DNA from: Leptolyngbyaceae cyanobacterium
Lineage (GTDB): Bacteria; Cyanobacteriota; Cyanobacteriia; Phormidesmidales; Phormidesmidaceae
Length of the DNA: 64,000 bases
Reading direction: 5' to 3'
NCBI GenBank assembly: GCA_965263355.1
Contig: CBDHHL010000056.1
Span: forward strand, 1,504,001-1,568,000
Shown: positions 38,381-47,370 of the stretch, in pieces
Position numbering within the stretch: the first letter of the stretch is position 1
Layout: each line of letters opens with the position of its first letter
Translations under genes and position numbers: made by a program
Notes under the pieces: model-generated
What the model was told of the DNA's origin: nothing
Seen by the model: the letters and a program-made list of their open reading frames with translations, nothing else
Databases searched by the model: none

Positions 38381-39541
38381 TTAAACGAGGACTGCCTGTT
38401 TAACTAAGGTATTTACATACTGAGCGGTTTGTCTGACGCCTTGAAGAGAGAAGTATTGCTGGGTGGGTTTATGGTCCAGCGCTGCCATAATTTCACAGGA
38501 AAACCGCTCAGGGGTAAGGGCATCTCGGTCGATCACTTTGACGATACCGAGTTGCTCTAATCGAGTGCACCGTAGACGCTGTTCCTGGTCATCATTACCG
38601 GTAAAGGGGAGCTGCATAGCACGGACACCGGTTTGCAACACATTCAAGGTAGTGTTGTAGCCAGCCATGCTAATGGACAGGTCTGCCTTAGCCATATAGC
38701 TCAGTAGGTCAGGGGTATAGCGCTGCACAGTAAGATTGGGCCGTTGGGCGGCGATAGATTGTAATCGTTCGTAGACCGCATCGGGTGAAAATGGCCCTGT
38801 AAACATGTGGATATGGTGGGGAATTTTATATTCTAAGAACTGACTAGCCTGAGCAACACAGTCTAGAAGTTCATGGCCAAAGCGTCCCCCACCGACACTT
38901 GTGAGAATCATAGGCGGTTCAGTTTTGTTTTTAGGGGCAAACTCTCGGTCAACATCGGGGACCACATAGCCAGTGTAATGAACGTCACAGGAGAGGTCAT
39001 TTACTCTGGAAAAGCTGGTTTCTAGGGATAAAAACTCTGGATCACCATGGATAAGCAGCTGGTCAAAGTGGCGATTCATTAGCTTACAGACCTTGGCTTC
39101 ATGTCGGGCCTGATCTTGCTTGGTAACCACAATATCTCGCAGGCTGCAAATAGTCTTTGCACCCTGCTCTTTCGCTCTCTCTAAAAGGGGGACAAGTTCA
39201 GTGGAAAAGCGACGGCGGCCAAAGGGAAAGAGTTCGACCATGACGGCATTGGGGCGGATGCGATCGCACACCTCCAACAGCAATTCACGGCGATAGGTTA
39301 AGGCTGCATCCACATCGGCAAAGCCTTCTGGCACCTGTAGTTCTCGAAAGTTAGCATCGGTCTTAATGGCCGGCAGATTAATGATTTCAATCCCTTCAGG
39401 CATAGGGAAATCCTGGATAACTTCCCCACCATTGACAAAATACACTTTAAAGTCTTGAGTTAAGCCACGGGCAATGGCCATACTACGAATCAAATGCCCG
39501 ATGCCAAGAATGTGCTGACAGTAAAACAGTAAGGTTCTCAT
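38381..39541 (-). CDS. GT-B glycosyltransferase (GT28 C-terminal type)
   Basis: YCQHILGIGHLIR, ELFPFGR, SLRDI, SVGGG, SMAGYNT, EQ; ATG 39541. Confidence 0.88.
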   Translation of the reverse strand: MRTLLFYCQHILGIGHLIRSMAIARGLTQDFKVYFVNGGEVIQDFPMPEGIEIINLPAIKTDANFRELQVPEGFADVDAALTYRRELLLEVCDRIRPNAVMVELFPFGRRRFSTELVPLLERAKEQGAKTICSLRDIVVTKQDQARHEAKVCKLMNRHFDQLLIHGDPEFLSLETSFSRVNDLSCDVHYTGYVVPDVDREFAPKNKTEPPMILTSVGGGRFGHELLDCVAQASQFLEYKIPHHIHMFTGPFSPDAVYERLQSIAAQRPNLTVQRYTPDLLSYMAKADLSISMAGYNTTLNVLQTGVRAMQLPFTGNDDQEQRLRCTRLEQLGIVKVIDRDALTPERFSCEIMAALDHKPTQQYFSLQGVRQTAQYVNTLVKQAVLV

Positions 39542-39648
39542 AAGGTCTTCTCTCAAAAATAAACTTGATGAACAAGGGAAATCGTTTACTACAATGCTGC
39601 AAACGCTCAGAAGCTCTCTCTTGGGAGGAATAGTTTTGGCCACGAGCA

Positions 39649-40935
39649 TTAAGCCGTTGCCAGCCTTAGCAAATTCTCTAAGGTACTTACTTGGGATTGC
39701 TGAGCCACCGGCTCCTTTACTGCTGACAGCAGCCAGTCTTTAACAACTCCCACATTATTAGTGAGGCCAAACTTTTCTAGAACAGTTAAACGCCCGGTCC
39801 GACCTAGTGTTTTTCTGAGTTCAGGCTGACAGATCAGAGTTTTTAGCGCCTGGGATAATGTTTGCTCATTTTTCTCTGGCACCAGCAGACCATTATGGTT
39901 AGGAATGACCAGTTCGGAAATACCTGAAATATCCGTAGAGACGACCGGCAGCTCCATGGCCATAGCTTCTAGTAGCACATTGGGAATGCCGTCACGGTCG
40001 CCATCATCAGTCACTAAACAAGGAAGCACAAACGCATCGGCGCGCTGGTAGTACTTAATCAGTTCATCCTGGGCTAGTTGACCCACCAAAGTGACATACT
40101 CATTGAGTTCTAACTGGTCAATTTGTTGTCGAATGGCGTTTTCTAAAGGCCCATAGCCAATAATGGCAGACTTGAAAGATAATCCTTGCTGTTTTAGTAA
40201 ATAACAAGCCTTGAGTAAATAAGGAAATCCCTTCTTCTCACAGAAACGACCTACGCTAAGAATCAGAGGTACGCCAGATGTTTGAGGTCTAGGAGCGGGG
40301 CTAAATCGTGTTACATCAAGGCCATGGTACGCCAGATGAATCGGTGTGCAAGATGTAGAAACCTCCTCAAGATAACGACGGTTGTAGTCGGTGCAGGTGA
40401 GCACAAACTTGGCCTTGGCCATGCGTCGATCAAGCACTACCCGCTCCGTTAGATAGATATCTTTAGCATGGGCCGTAATGCTGTAAGAAACCCCAGAGAA
40501 TATTTGGGCAATCTCAGCTGTAGCAGTCGGGATATTCGCAAAGTGAACATGAAGGTGAGTAATCCCAAGTTGTTGCAACTGTAGCCCTAGGTATCCCCCT
40601 TGTAAAAACTCATGCAGGCAACGCTCTTCGTCACGACTTTGATAAAAGTTAAGGGCCTTCAGATAGGTGCCGGGATCTTGGTCAAAAAGGGTGCGATGGG
40701 CATTGAGTAGTTCATCTTCTTTTTCTGGAGCATCAACAGGTTTTAGCGATGGGATGTAGGTAACTGGAGCCTTGACACGGGCCACCCCAGGATGGACACG
40801 ATCTTCTTGGGGTTCTCTTAGGGAGAAGATATGGAGATTAAGTCCCTGATCTTCTAACTCTAGAATCTCATTGAGAATAAAGGTTTCCGAAAGTTTAGGA
40901 TAGGTTTTTAACAAAAATCCGATTACAGGGCGCAT
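39649..40935 (-). CDS. Glycosyltransferase family 4 (WcaL-like)
   Basis: YPKLSETFI, H.HF, TAHAKDIY, EKKG, DRDGIPNVLLEAM. Confidence 0.92.
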   Translation of the reverse strand: MRPVIGFLLKTYPKLSETFILNEILELEDQGLNLHIFSLREPQEDRVHPGVARVKAPVTYIPSLKPVDAPEKEDELLNAHRTLFDQDPGTYLKALNFYQSRDEERCLHEFLQGGYLGLQLQQLGITHLHVHFANIPTATAEIAQIFSGVSYSITAHAKDIYLTERVVLDRRMAKAKFVLTCTDYNRRYLEEVSTSCTPIHLAYHGLDVTRFSPAPRPQTSGVPLILSVGRFCEKKGFPYLLKACYLLKQQGLSFKSAIIGYGPLENAIRQQIDQLELNEYVTLVGQLAQDELIKYYQRADAFVLPCLVTDDGDRDGIPNVLLEAMAMELPVVSTDISGISELVIPNHNGLLVPEKNEQTLSQALKTLICQPELRKTLGRTGRLTVLEKFGLTNNVGVVKDWLLSAVKEPVAQQSQVSTLENLLRLATA

Positions 40936-42149
40936 GATAATTTCGCTAGGGTATAACTAGTTGGCTGAGTGATAGTGGAACTAAGGTCCTGCATCAGCTG
41001 GGCAATGCGAGGTAGACCGTCAAGGCGAAAACTGCTGAGGCCATAGGGTTTAACCGTGAGAGCCTGGTCTAAGGTTTGGGAGAGTAGGGCTGGGGTTAAC
41101 CTTTGGGGGAAAATGGTGTAGACCAGTCCCCGGTCAGCAAACTGTTTAGCACGGATCCACTGTTCTTGAACGGGTTGGGTGCGTGGAACAATGATGGCAG
41201 ATTTGCGGAGTGAAAGAAGCTCGCAAGTTGTGTTGTATCCTCCCATGGCCACGACCGCATTGGCAGCATTGAGATAACTAATGAGATCATCACTAAACTC
41301 TAGAAATTGAACTTGGGGGTAAACGGCTGCCTGAGCCTGAAACTGTTGCTGCTGCTTGGCAGGCATTTCTGGTCCAGCGATAATGACCGTTTTGGGAATA
41401 GAACGAGAGGTCGCTATTCGTTGCTCAAGACTTGCTAAGTAGGTTTGAATCAGCTGTTGCCCATCTCCACCACCACCAGGGGTAACCACTACTAGAGATT
41501 CGTCTGAACTCACCCCTAGCTGTTGCCGGAGCAGAACGCTGGGAGTGCGGCCATGGCCTCGGTGAAGGTATCCGCAAAACCTAACTTTACGACGTAAAGG
41601 AAGCGGAAACTGATATTCATCTGGCAGATTGAAGATATCAGCGTCTCCAACTATCCACACCTGGTCATAATGTGTTTGAGTCAGATGATAATAGTTGTTC
41701 TTTTGCCACTGACGGATAGTTGCAGCAGGAGTATCCAGAATATCCCGCAGTAACAAAACCCGTTTAGTGGCAGGTCTCTTTCGTCTCAGATACTCCAGGG
41801 TTTCCCTAAGCTCATTACGCAGACCTTGAGGCTTTTTATCTACCAGCAGCACATCTGGCTGAAAGTGGACTGCTGCTATCAGGATTAGATGAGATCGCAG
41901 CTGTACCAGCGTCTCTGGCATACTTTTCAAGTAACGGGCCTCTAGTCGACCAGACGTATCACGCCCCAGACAAGGCAATTTGATATAGTCAAGCCCCTCA
42001 GGCAGCCGGAGTGTGTGCAGGGCAGGAGAGCCTGACACCACCAGTATGGAGACATTGGGCAAGGTGCGCAGCAGATACTCACAAATTGTTAGCATGCGAC
42101 GAATGTTGCCCAGCCCAAAGGCATCGTGGGAATAGACCATTAATTTCAT
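40923..42149 (-). CDS. GT-B glycosyltransferase, paralog of 38381-39541
   Basis: YSHDAFGLGNIRR, LRDILD, TPGGGGDG, MGGYNT, VPR...EQ. Confidence 0.88.
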   Translation of the reverse strand: MKLMVYSHDAFGLGNIRRMLTICEYLLRTLPNVSILVVSGSPALHTLRLPEGLDYIKLPCLGRDTSGRLEARYLKSMPETLVQLRSHLILIAAVHFQPDVLLVDKKPQGLRNELRETLEYLRRKRPATKRVLLLRDILDTPAATIRQWQKNNYYHLTQTHYDQVWIVGDADIFNLPDEYQFPLPLRRKVRFCGYLHRGHGRTPSVLLRQQLGVSSDESLVVVTPGGGGDGQQLIQTYLASLEQRIATSRSIPKTVIIAGPEMPAKQQQQFQAQAAVYPQVQFLEFSDDLISYLNAANAVVAMGGYNTTCELLSLRKSAIIVPRTQPVQEQWIRAKQFADRGLVYTIFPQRLTPALLSQTLDQALTVKPYGLSSFRLDGLPRIAQLMQDLSSTITQPTSYTLAKLSCAL

Positions 42150-42179
42150 GTCAGGATCTCCTTAGGATGTTCGCAATGC

Positions 42180-42575
42180 CTATGCAGCCATCACTGAGGA
42201 ACGTTCGACCGTAGGCCACAAGAGTTGTCCGGCACTGGGGTGACCAATGGCCTGATAAATGTGCTGACCAATTCCCCGAGCCACAGCTTCTACATAGCGA
42301 GTATCACTCTCCCCATTGGGTAGCGGTGGCGTGCCCACCGCAATAAACAGAACCTCGCCATGGTTTACCCCAGCCACCAAGTCTGTGGTAAACGACAGTT
42401 GTTCTGACCTCAGAATATCCGTAAGTCCCGGCTCATAAATGGGAGATTGACCGACCTGCAAAGTAGCCACTTTCTCTGCGTTGTTATCAACACACACAAC
42501 ATCATGACCAATGCGGGCTAAACAAGTACCCGTTACTAATCCAACATAGCCGGCACCAATGATAGATACGCGCAT
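42180..42575 (-). pseudogene. ugd: UDP-glucose 6-dehydrogenase, truncated or internally deleted (131 aa)
   Basis: GGAGG RBS; IIGAGYVGL, SPIYEPGL, FIAVGTP; central and catalytic domains absent. Confidence 0.85.
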
Positions 42576-43119
42576 AATTGCGTCCTCCAGAAGTGTCTTT
42601 GAACCGATGACCCTACTCTCGCCAGTCACCTTAAAACCTGAATGAAGGGGCAATTAGAACGATTTCATGAAAACTAATTTAGAAAACTATTTATACAGGG
42701 GTAAACTGTTTGAAACGATTACTGTGCAAAGTAAAGAGGGTTTGGGCATCCTGCTCACAAGAATGAGAACAGTTTAATTCGAAAACCTTTTCAAGGTTGA
42801 AAGTCCTATACAAAAGGGCTTTTACATCAGACCAAATTATTTAGAAAGTTTATCTAAATCGTTCTGAGGTTCATATAACCATCTAAAAAATGAGAAAAAA
42901 TTCATTTAGCCTTATCTTAGCTGCAACAGCTACTCCCCAAAAAATAGACAATTTTTGAAATGTCACATACCTGATATTTTCTTGGATTCAAACAACTTTT
43001 ATTATTTAAATGAGTCTCGATACCCTTTGTGATAAAGTTAAATATTTCCTGGAAATTGGACTAAGGACTATTGAACAGTTTAGATTTCAGAATAAACCCT
43101 TCAGTTAAAATGCGGCATA

Positions 43120-44559
43120 ATGAGTTACCTAAGGCTATCGAGTTTATTTAAAGAAACTCGAACAAAAATATTTCTTCTCTACGTAGCCTTTATGTCAGTA
43201 GCGGTAGGTTTGACAATACCGCTGTATCGTGCTCTGTTGTTTTCTGCAATTGATCAGCGTGTCAATGAGGATCTTTCTGAAGAGGTCCAGGACTTTAGGG
43301 CCATTTATGCCAAGTGGTCAAAATCCGAGAATCTATCGATTGAGACCCTCTCAGACACATTGGATACATTTATGTCCGATATATTGCCAGAGGACGACAA
43401 CTTTATCATCGCAGTTTTAGATGGTGATGTTTATCGTTCTAATCCCATTGTTTTGCCTGAGGCCATTGATGCTGGTTCACCGCTATTTAATCAATGGATT
43501 CAAACCAAAGAGATTACTCAAAGCGAGTATACTACCAACGATAGGGCCGTAGGCACTGTCATATACAGTGTAAAACCGCTGGTAATAGATGAGACGATAC
43601 GGGGACAGATGATTATCAGCCATCTATCAGCCGGTGAACGACAGGAAGCGTTAGCAAGTTTCTATATTTTCGCTCAGATAGCCGCTGGGCTGCTTGTCAT
43701 AGCTCTGTACCTGGCCTGGGTGGCAACGGGCCGAGTATTGCAACCCGTTCAGGATTTAGCCCAAACCGCCCGCTCCATTAATGAGACCGATCTGGGGAGG
43801 CGGATTGAGATAAGTGGTACGGGACAAATGGCTGAGCTTGCCGGTACCTTCAACTCCATGATGGATCGCCTGCAAGACGCGTTTAATAGTCAGCGAAATT
43901 TTATTAATGATGCTGGCCACGAGCTACGCACCCCCATCACTGTCATTCAGGGCCACTTAGAGCTGATGGGAGATGACCCTGCTGAGCAAGCTGAAACAGT
44001 TGACTTAGTGCTAGATGAGCTGGCTCGCATGGCCCGATTGGTTAACGAGCTAATTCTGATTGTCAAATCTGAACATCCCGATTTTCTGTGTTTGGAAACC
44101 GTTGACGTGCCCAATTTTTGCACTGATTTATTTGCCAAAGCTCAAACGTTGGCTGATCGAGATTGGCACCTGCATTTAGACACCCAGGCAAAGCTGGTGG
44201 TTGACCCACACCGTCTAACTGGAGCACTGATTAATTTACTAAACAATGCCTCCCAGCATACTGAAGTGGGCGACTACATTGAGCTGGGATGTCGAAATGA
44301 GAATGGCTATGTGGCATTTTGGGTTAAAGACACTGGCGAAGGGATACCATTAGCCGAGCAATCACGAGTTTTTGAACGGTTTGCACGGGTAAAGCATAAT
44401 CAACGTAAATCAGATGGCTCAGGTTTAGGGTTGGCCATTGTCCGAGCCATTGTCGAAGCCCATGGCGGTAAACTTGAATTGTCTAGTCAGCCTGGGGTCG
44501 GATCGATATTTACCATACAGCTACCGGTAGACCAGCCGGTAGGCTTACCAAACAGCTAG
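43120..44559 (+). CDS. HAMP sensor histidine kinase (ManS-like)
   Basis: 2 TM segments, HAMP, DAGHELRTPIT, NASQH, DTGEGI, GSGLGL. Confidence 0.92.
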   Translation: MSYLRLSSLFKETRTKIFLLYVAFMSVAVGLTIPLYRALLFSAIDQRVNEDLSEEVQDFRAIYAKWSKSENLSIETLSDTLDTFMSDILPEDDNFIIAVLDGDVYRSNPIVLPEAIDAGSPLFNQWIQTKEITQSEYTTNDRAVGTVIYSVKPLVIDETIRGQMIISHLSAGERQEALASFYIFAQIAAGLLVIALYLAWVATGRVLQPVQDLAQTARSINETDLGRRIEISGTGQMAELAGTFNSMMDRLQDAFNSQRNFINDAGHELRTPITVIQGHLELMGDDPAEQAETVDLVLDELARMARLVNELILIVKSEHPDFLCLETVDVPNFCTDLFAKAQTLADRDWHLHLDTQAKLVVDPHRLTGALINLLNNASQHTEVGDYIELGCRNENGYVAFWVKDTGEGIPLAEQSRVFERFARVKHNQRKSDGSGLGLAIVRAIVEAHGGKLELSSQPGVGSIFTIQLPVDQPVGLPNS

Positions 44560-44570
44560 GAGCATTGTCA

Positions 44571-45270
44571 ATGCAACGAATTTTGATTGTGGAAGATGAA
44601 CCACGGATCGCCAGCTTTATCGATAAAGGACTACAGGCAAATGGGTTTACAACGGCGATCGCAACTACAGGCTCTGATGCTGTGACCTATGCTTTGGACG
44701 GTGACTTTGGACTAATTATCCTTGATTTAGGACTGCCGGGTAAAGATGGGCTATTAGTGCTTGAAGAACTTCGGGGACAGGGTTATCACATACCAATCGT
44801 GATTTTGACTGCCCGTGGTCACCAAACCCGTGATTTTGACTGCCCGTGACGATATTAGCGACAAGCTGACTGGCTTTGAACTTGGAGCGGACGACTATGT
44901 CACCAAACCCTTCCGCTTTGAGGAACTGCTAGCACGGATAAGGGCTCGCCTGCGGACAACCCCCAGAATTACTCAGGAGAAAGACTGGATAATCAGTCAT
45001 CGGCATGTGGTATTAGACCTTCGGAGGCGTCTAGTCAAAGTAGGAGAACAGACTGTTGAACTATCTGCCCGAGAATTCACGCTGATAGAGACCTTCATGA
45101 ATCACCCAGGCCAGGTACTCAGTCGCGAACAGCTATTGGACCGTGTATGGGGCTATGATTATTCGCCAGGTTCTAACGTAGTAGATGTCTACGTGGGGTA
45201 TCTACGGAAAAAACTAGGCAGTGACCTAATCGCAACTGTCCGAGGCATGGGCTACTGTATGCCATGCTAA
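44571..45270 (+). pseudogene. OmpR-family response regulator (ManR-like), frameshifted by a 31-bp insertion
   Basis: Receiver split across two frames at ILTAR; deleting 44818-44848 restores a 222-aa ORF. Confidence 0.9.
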
Positions 45271-45315
45271 TCTGTGGCCGCTACTGAGAATCAGTATTAG
45301 CATCTTATAAGAATT

Positions 45316-45333
45316 CTCTCACAAGACTCTCAT
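45316..45333 (-). promoter_or_regulatory. 11-bp-period direct repeat, candidate OmpR-family (ManR-like) site
   Basis: Minus strand ATGAGAG-tctt-GTGAGAG. Confidence 0.35.
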
Positions 45334-45483
45334 CAGTGTCTTAATGTAGACTAAGAAGATTTATAAATGTAAAGGGCAGCCTGTTAGGGTTTCGATTATT
45401 CATGCATTGTGACTTCCGTTCAGCGTGCTAAGTGCGCATACGCACATCTAGCAGACTGCTTATCGCACAAAGAGCGTAGTCTG

Positions 45484-45837
45484 GTGAGCACTATTCTTAT
45501 TGCTGAAGACGAATCACGAATCGCAGCGTTTCTTACCAAAGGTCTTGAAAAAGCTGGATATTTGACATGTGTAGCCAACGACGGAAGTCAGGCTCTATCC
45601 CTAGCTTTGGCTATGCAGTTTGATTTGATCGTATTGGATATAGGTCTTCCCAGCACCGACGGTTGGGCCGTACTAAAGGAGTTGCGTAGGCGCTCCCCAC
45701 AACCTCCGATTATCATATTGACCGCTCTGGATGAGCTTGAGAATCGCCAACATAGCCTTGATCTAGGGGCTAACGAGTTCATATCCAAACCTTTTCAATT
45801 TAGTCAACTGCTTACCTGTGTCAGGCGTTATGCTTGA
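45484..45837 (+). CDS. Single-domain response regulator
   Basis: ILIAEDE, VLDIGLP, ILTA, SKPF; GTG start at 45484. Confidence 0.88.
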   Translation: MSTILIAEDESRIAAFLTKGLEKAGYLTCVANDGSQALSLALAMQFDLIVLDIGLPSTDGWAVLKELRRRSPQPPIIILTALDELENRQHSLDLGANEFISKPFQFSQLLTCVRRYA

Positions 45838-46053
45838 GGCTACTAGTACGAGACTCCAAATACAGGGCTTAGCGATTCTTTATAACGCTAGATAGGTTTA
45901 CCAATGGACATTAGAAAACAGATAAGAATCTGAGGGTAAATGCGCTGACTTTGCTGAAAGAGCTGCATAAATACTCTGTGATAGCTATCCGCAAATTAGC
46001 GCATTCCGATAAAATTTCGTCTAGGATGACGGATATTGTATTACGGCTGACCA

Positions 46054-47370
46054 ATGGTTCTGGACCTACCCCGTTTTTATCGTGCTGCCAATCCCAGCCG
46101 TCCATTGCGACTGGTACAAGCTGAGGATCGGCAATACTATATTGATTTTTCATCAGTGCGCGGGGGGGATATTGTCCGGGAGCTGGAGCGTACCATTGCA
46201 TTGCTGTCACCGGATGAAGCAACGACTCAGCTATTCACTGGCAATATTGGCTGTGGTAAGTCTACGGAACTCCTACGGTTAAAGGCCAAACTAGAACAAC
46301 AGGGCTTTCATGTGGTCTATTTTGAGTCGGACCACGACTTGGAAATGGCCGATGTGGATATCAGTGACATTTTGCTAATGATTGCCCATCAGGTGGTAGA
46401 AAGTTTAGAAAATGACGAGATTAAGCTCAAACCATCGGCCCTAGTCGGTCTGTTTCAGAATCTAGCAGAAACATTACAAACACCGATGGAAATCGCTGAT
46501 GTTAGTTTCTCGGTGGGAATTGCGAATCTGACGGCTCGGGCTAAGGAAAGTCCAGAGATGCGCAGCCGTATGCGTCAATACTTGGAGCCCCGCACGAAGA
46601 CAATTATTGATGCCATTAATGAGGAACTGTTGGAGGTTGCGATCGCAACGCTACGCGCCAAGGGTAAAAAAGGTCTCGTCGTCATTGTCGACAACCTCGA
46701 CCGCATCGACCCCGTAGCACGGGCGAATGGTCGCACCCAGTCAGAATATTTATTTATTGATCGCGGGGAACAGCTTAAACGTCTAAATTGCCATCTGGTG
46801 TATACAATACCTTTGGCCCTTGTCTTTTCCGACGATCTCCCCCGTCTGTCCAATCGATTTGGTGTTTCGCCTAAAGTGTTGCCCATGGTACCCGTGACCC
46901 AGCGGGATGGCAGTACTTCTGAGGCAGGATTAGCCCTCTTGCAACAAATGGTGCTAGCCCGTGCTTTTCCTGATAAAAACTACAATGAGCGGGTTGATCA
47001 TATCAGTGACATTTTTGAAAACATAGATGTTCTCAACCGTCTCTGTCACATCAGTGGTGGCCATATGCGTAACCTGATGCGTCTGCTTTATGGCTGTCTA
47101 CAAAAGGCTGACCCGCCGATCCCATCCAGCGTGTTGGAAGCCGTCATTCGAGACGAACGAGATTCTTCAATGGCCCTGATTGATGAAAGTGAATGGCAGC
47201 TGATGTTTAAAGCAATTGAAAACCCGGATACCCAGGGCAATGAAGCCTATATCCTACTGATACGGAGTTTTTTACTCTATGAATATCGTGACAATGGTGG
47301 CCGCTGGTTTGCCCTCAACCCGGTCTTAAAAGAAACACAGCGTTTTCAGAAGTGGCAAGCTAATAGTTGA
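46054..47370 (+). CDS. P-loop ATPase (AAA/KAP-like)
   Basis: YIDFS.VRG, GNIGCGKSTEL, VVIVDNLDR, SGGHMR.L. Confidence 0.88.
   Translation: MVLDLPRFYRAANPSRPLRLVQAEDRQYYIDFSSVRGGDIVRELERTIALLSPDEATTQLFTGNIGCGKSTELLRLKAKLEQQGFHVVYFESDHDLEMADVDISDILLMIAHQVVESLENDEIKLKPSALVGLFQNLAETLQTPMEIADVSFSVGIANLTARAKESPEMRSRMRQYLEPRTKTIIDAINEELLEVAIATLRAKGKKGLVVIVDNLDRIDPVARANGRTQSEYLFIDRGEQLKRLNCHLVYTIPLALVFSDDLPRLSNRFGVSPKVLPMVPVTQRDGSTSEAGLALLQQMVLARAFPDKNYNERVDHISDIFENIDVLNRLCHISGGHMRNLMRLLYGCLQKADPPIPSSVLEAVIRDERDSSMALIDESEWQLMFKAIENPDTQGNEAYILLIRSFLLYEYRDNGGRWFALNPVLKETQRFQKWQANS

Noticed and set aside
44565..45270. Two separate regulator genes or a programmed frameshift
   Set aside because: The split is fully explained by a 31-bp duplication; no slippery site is evident
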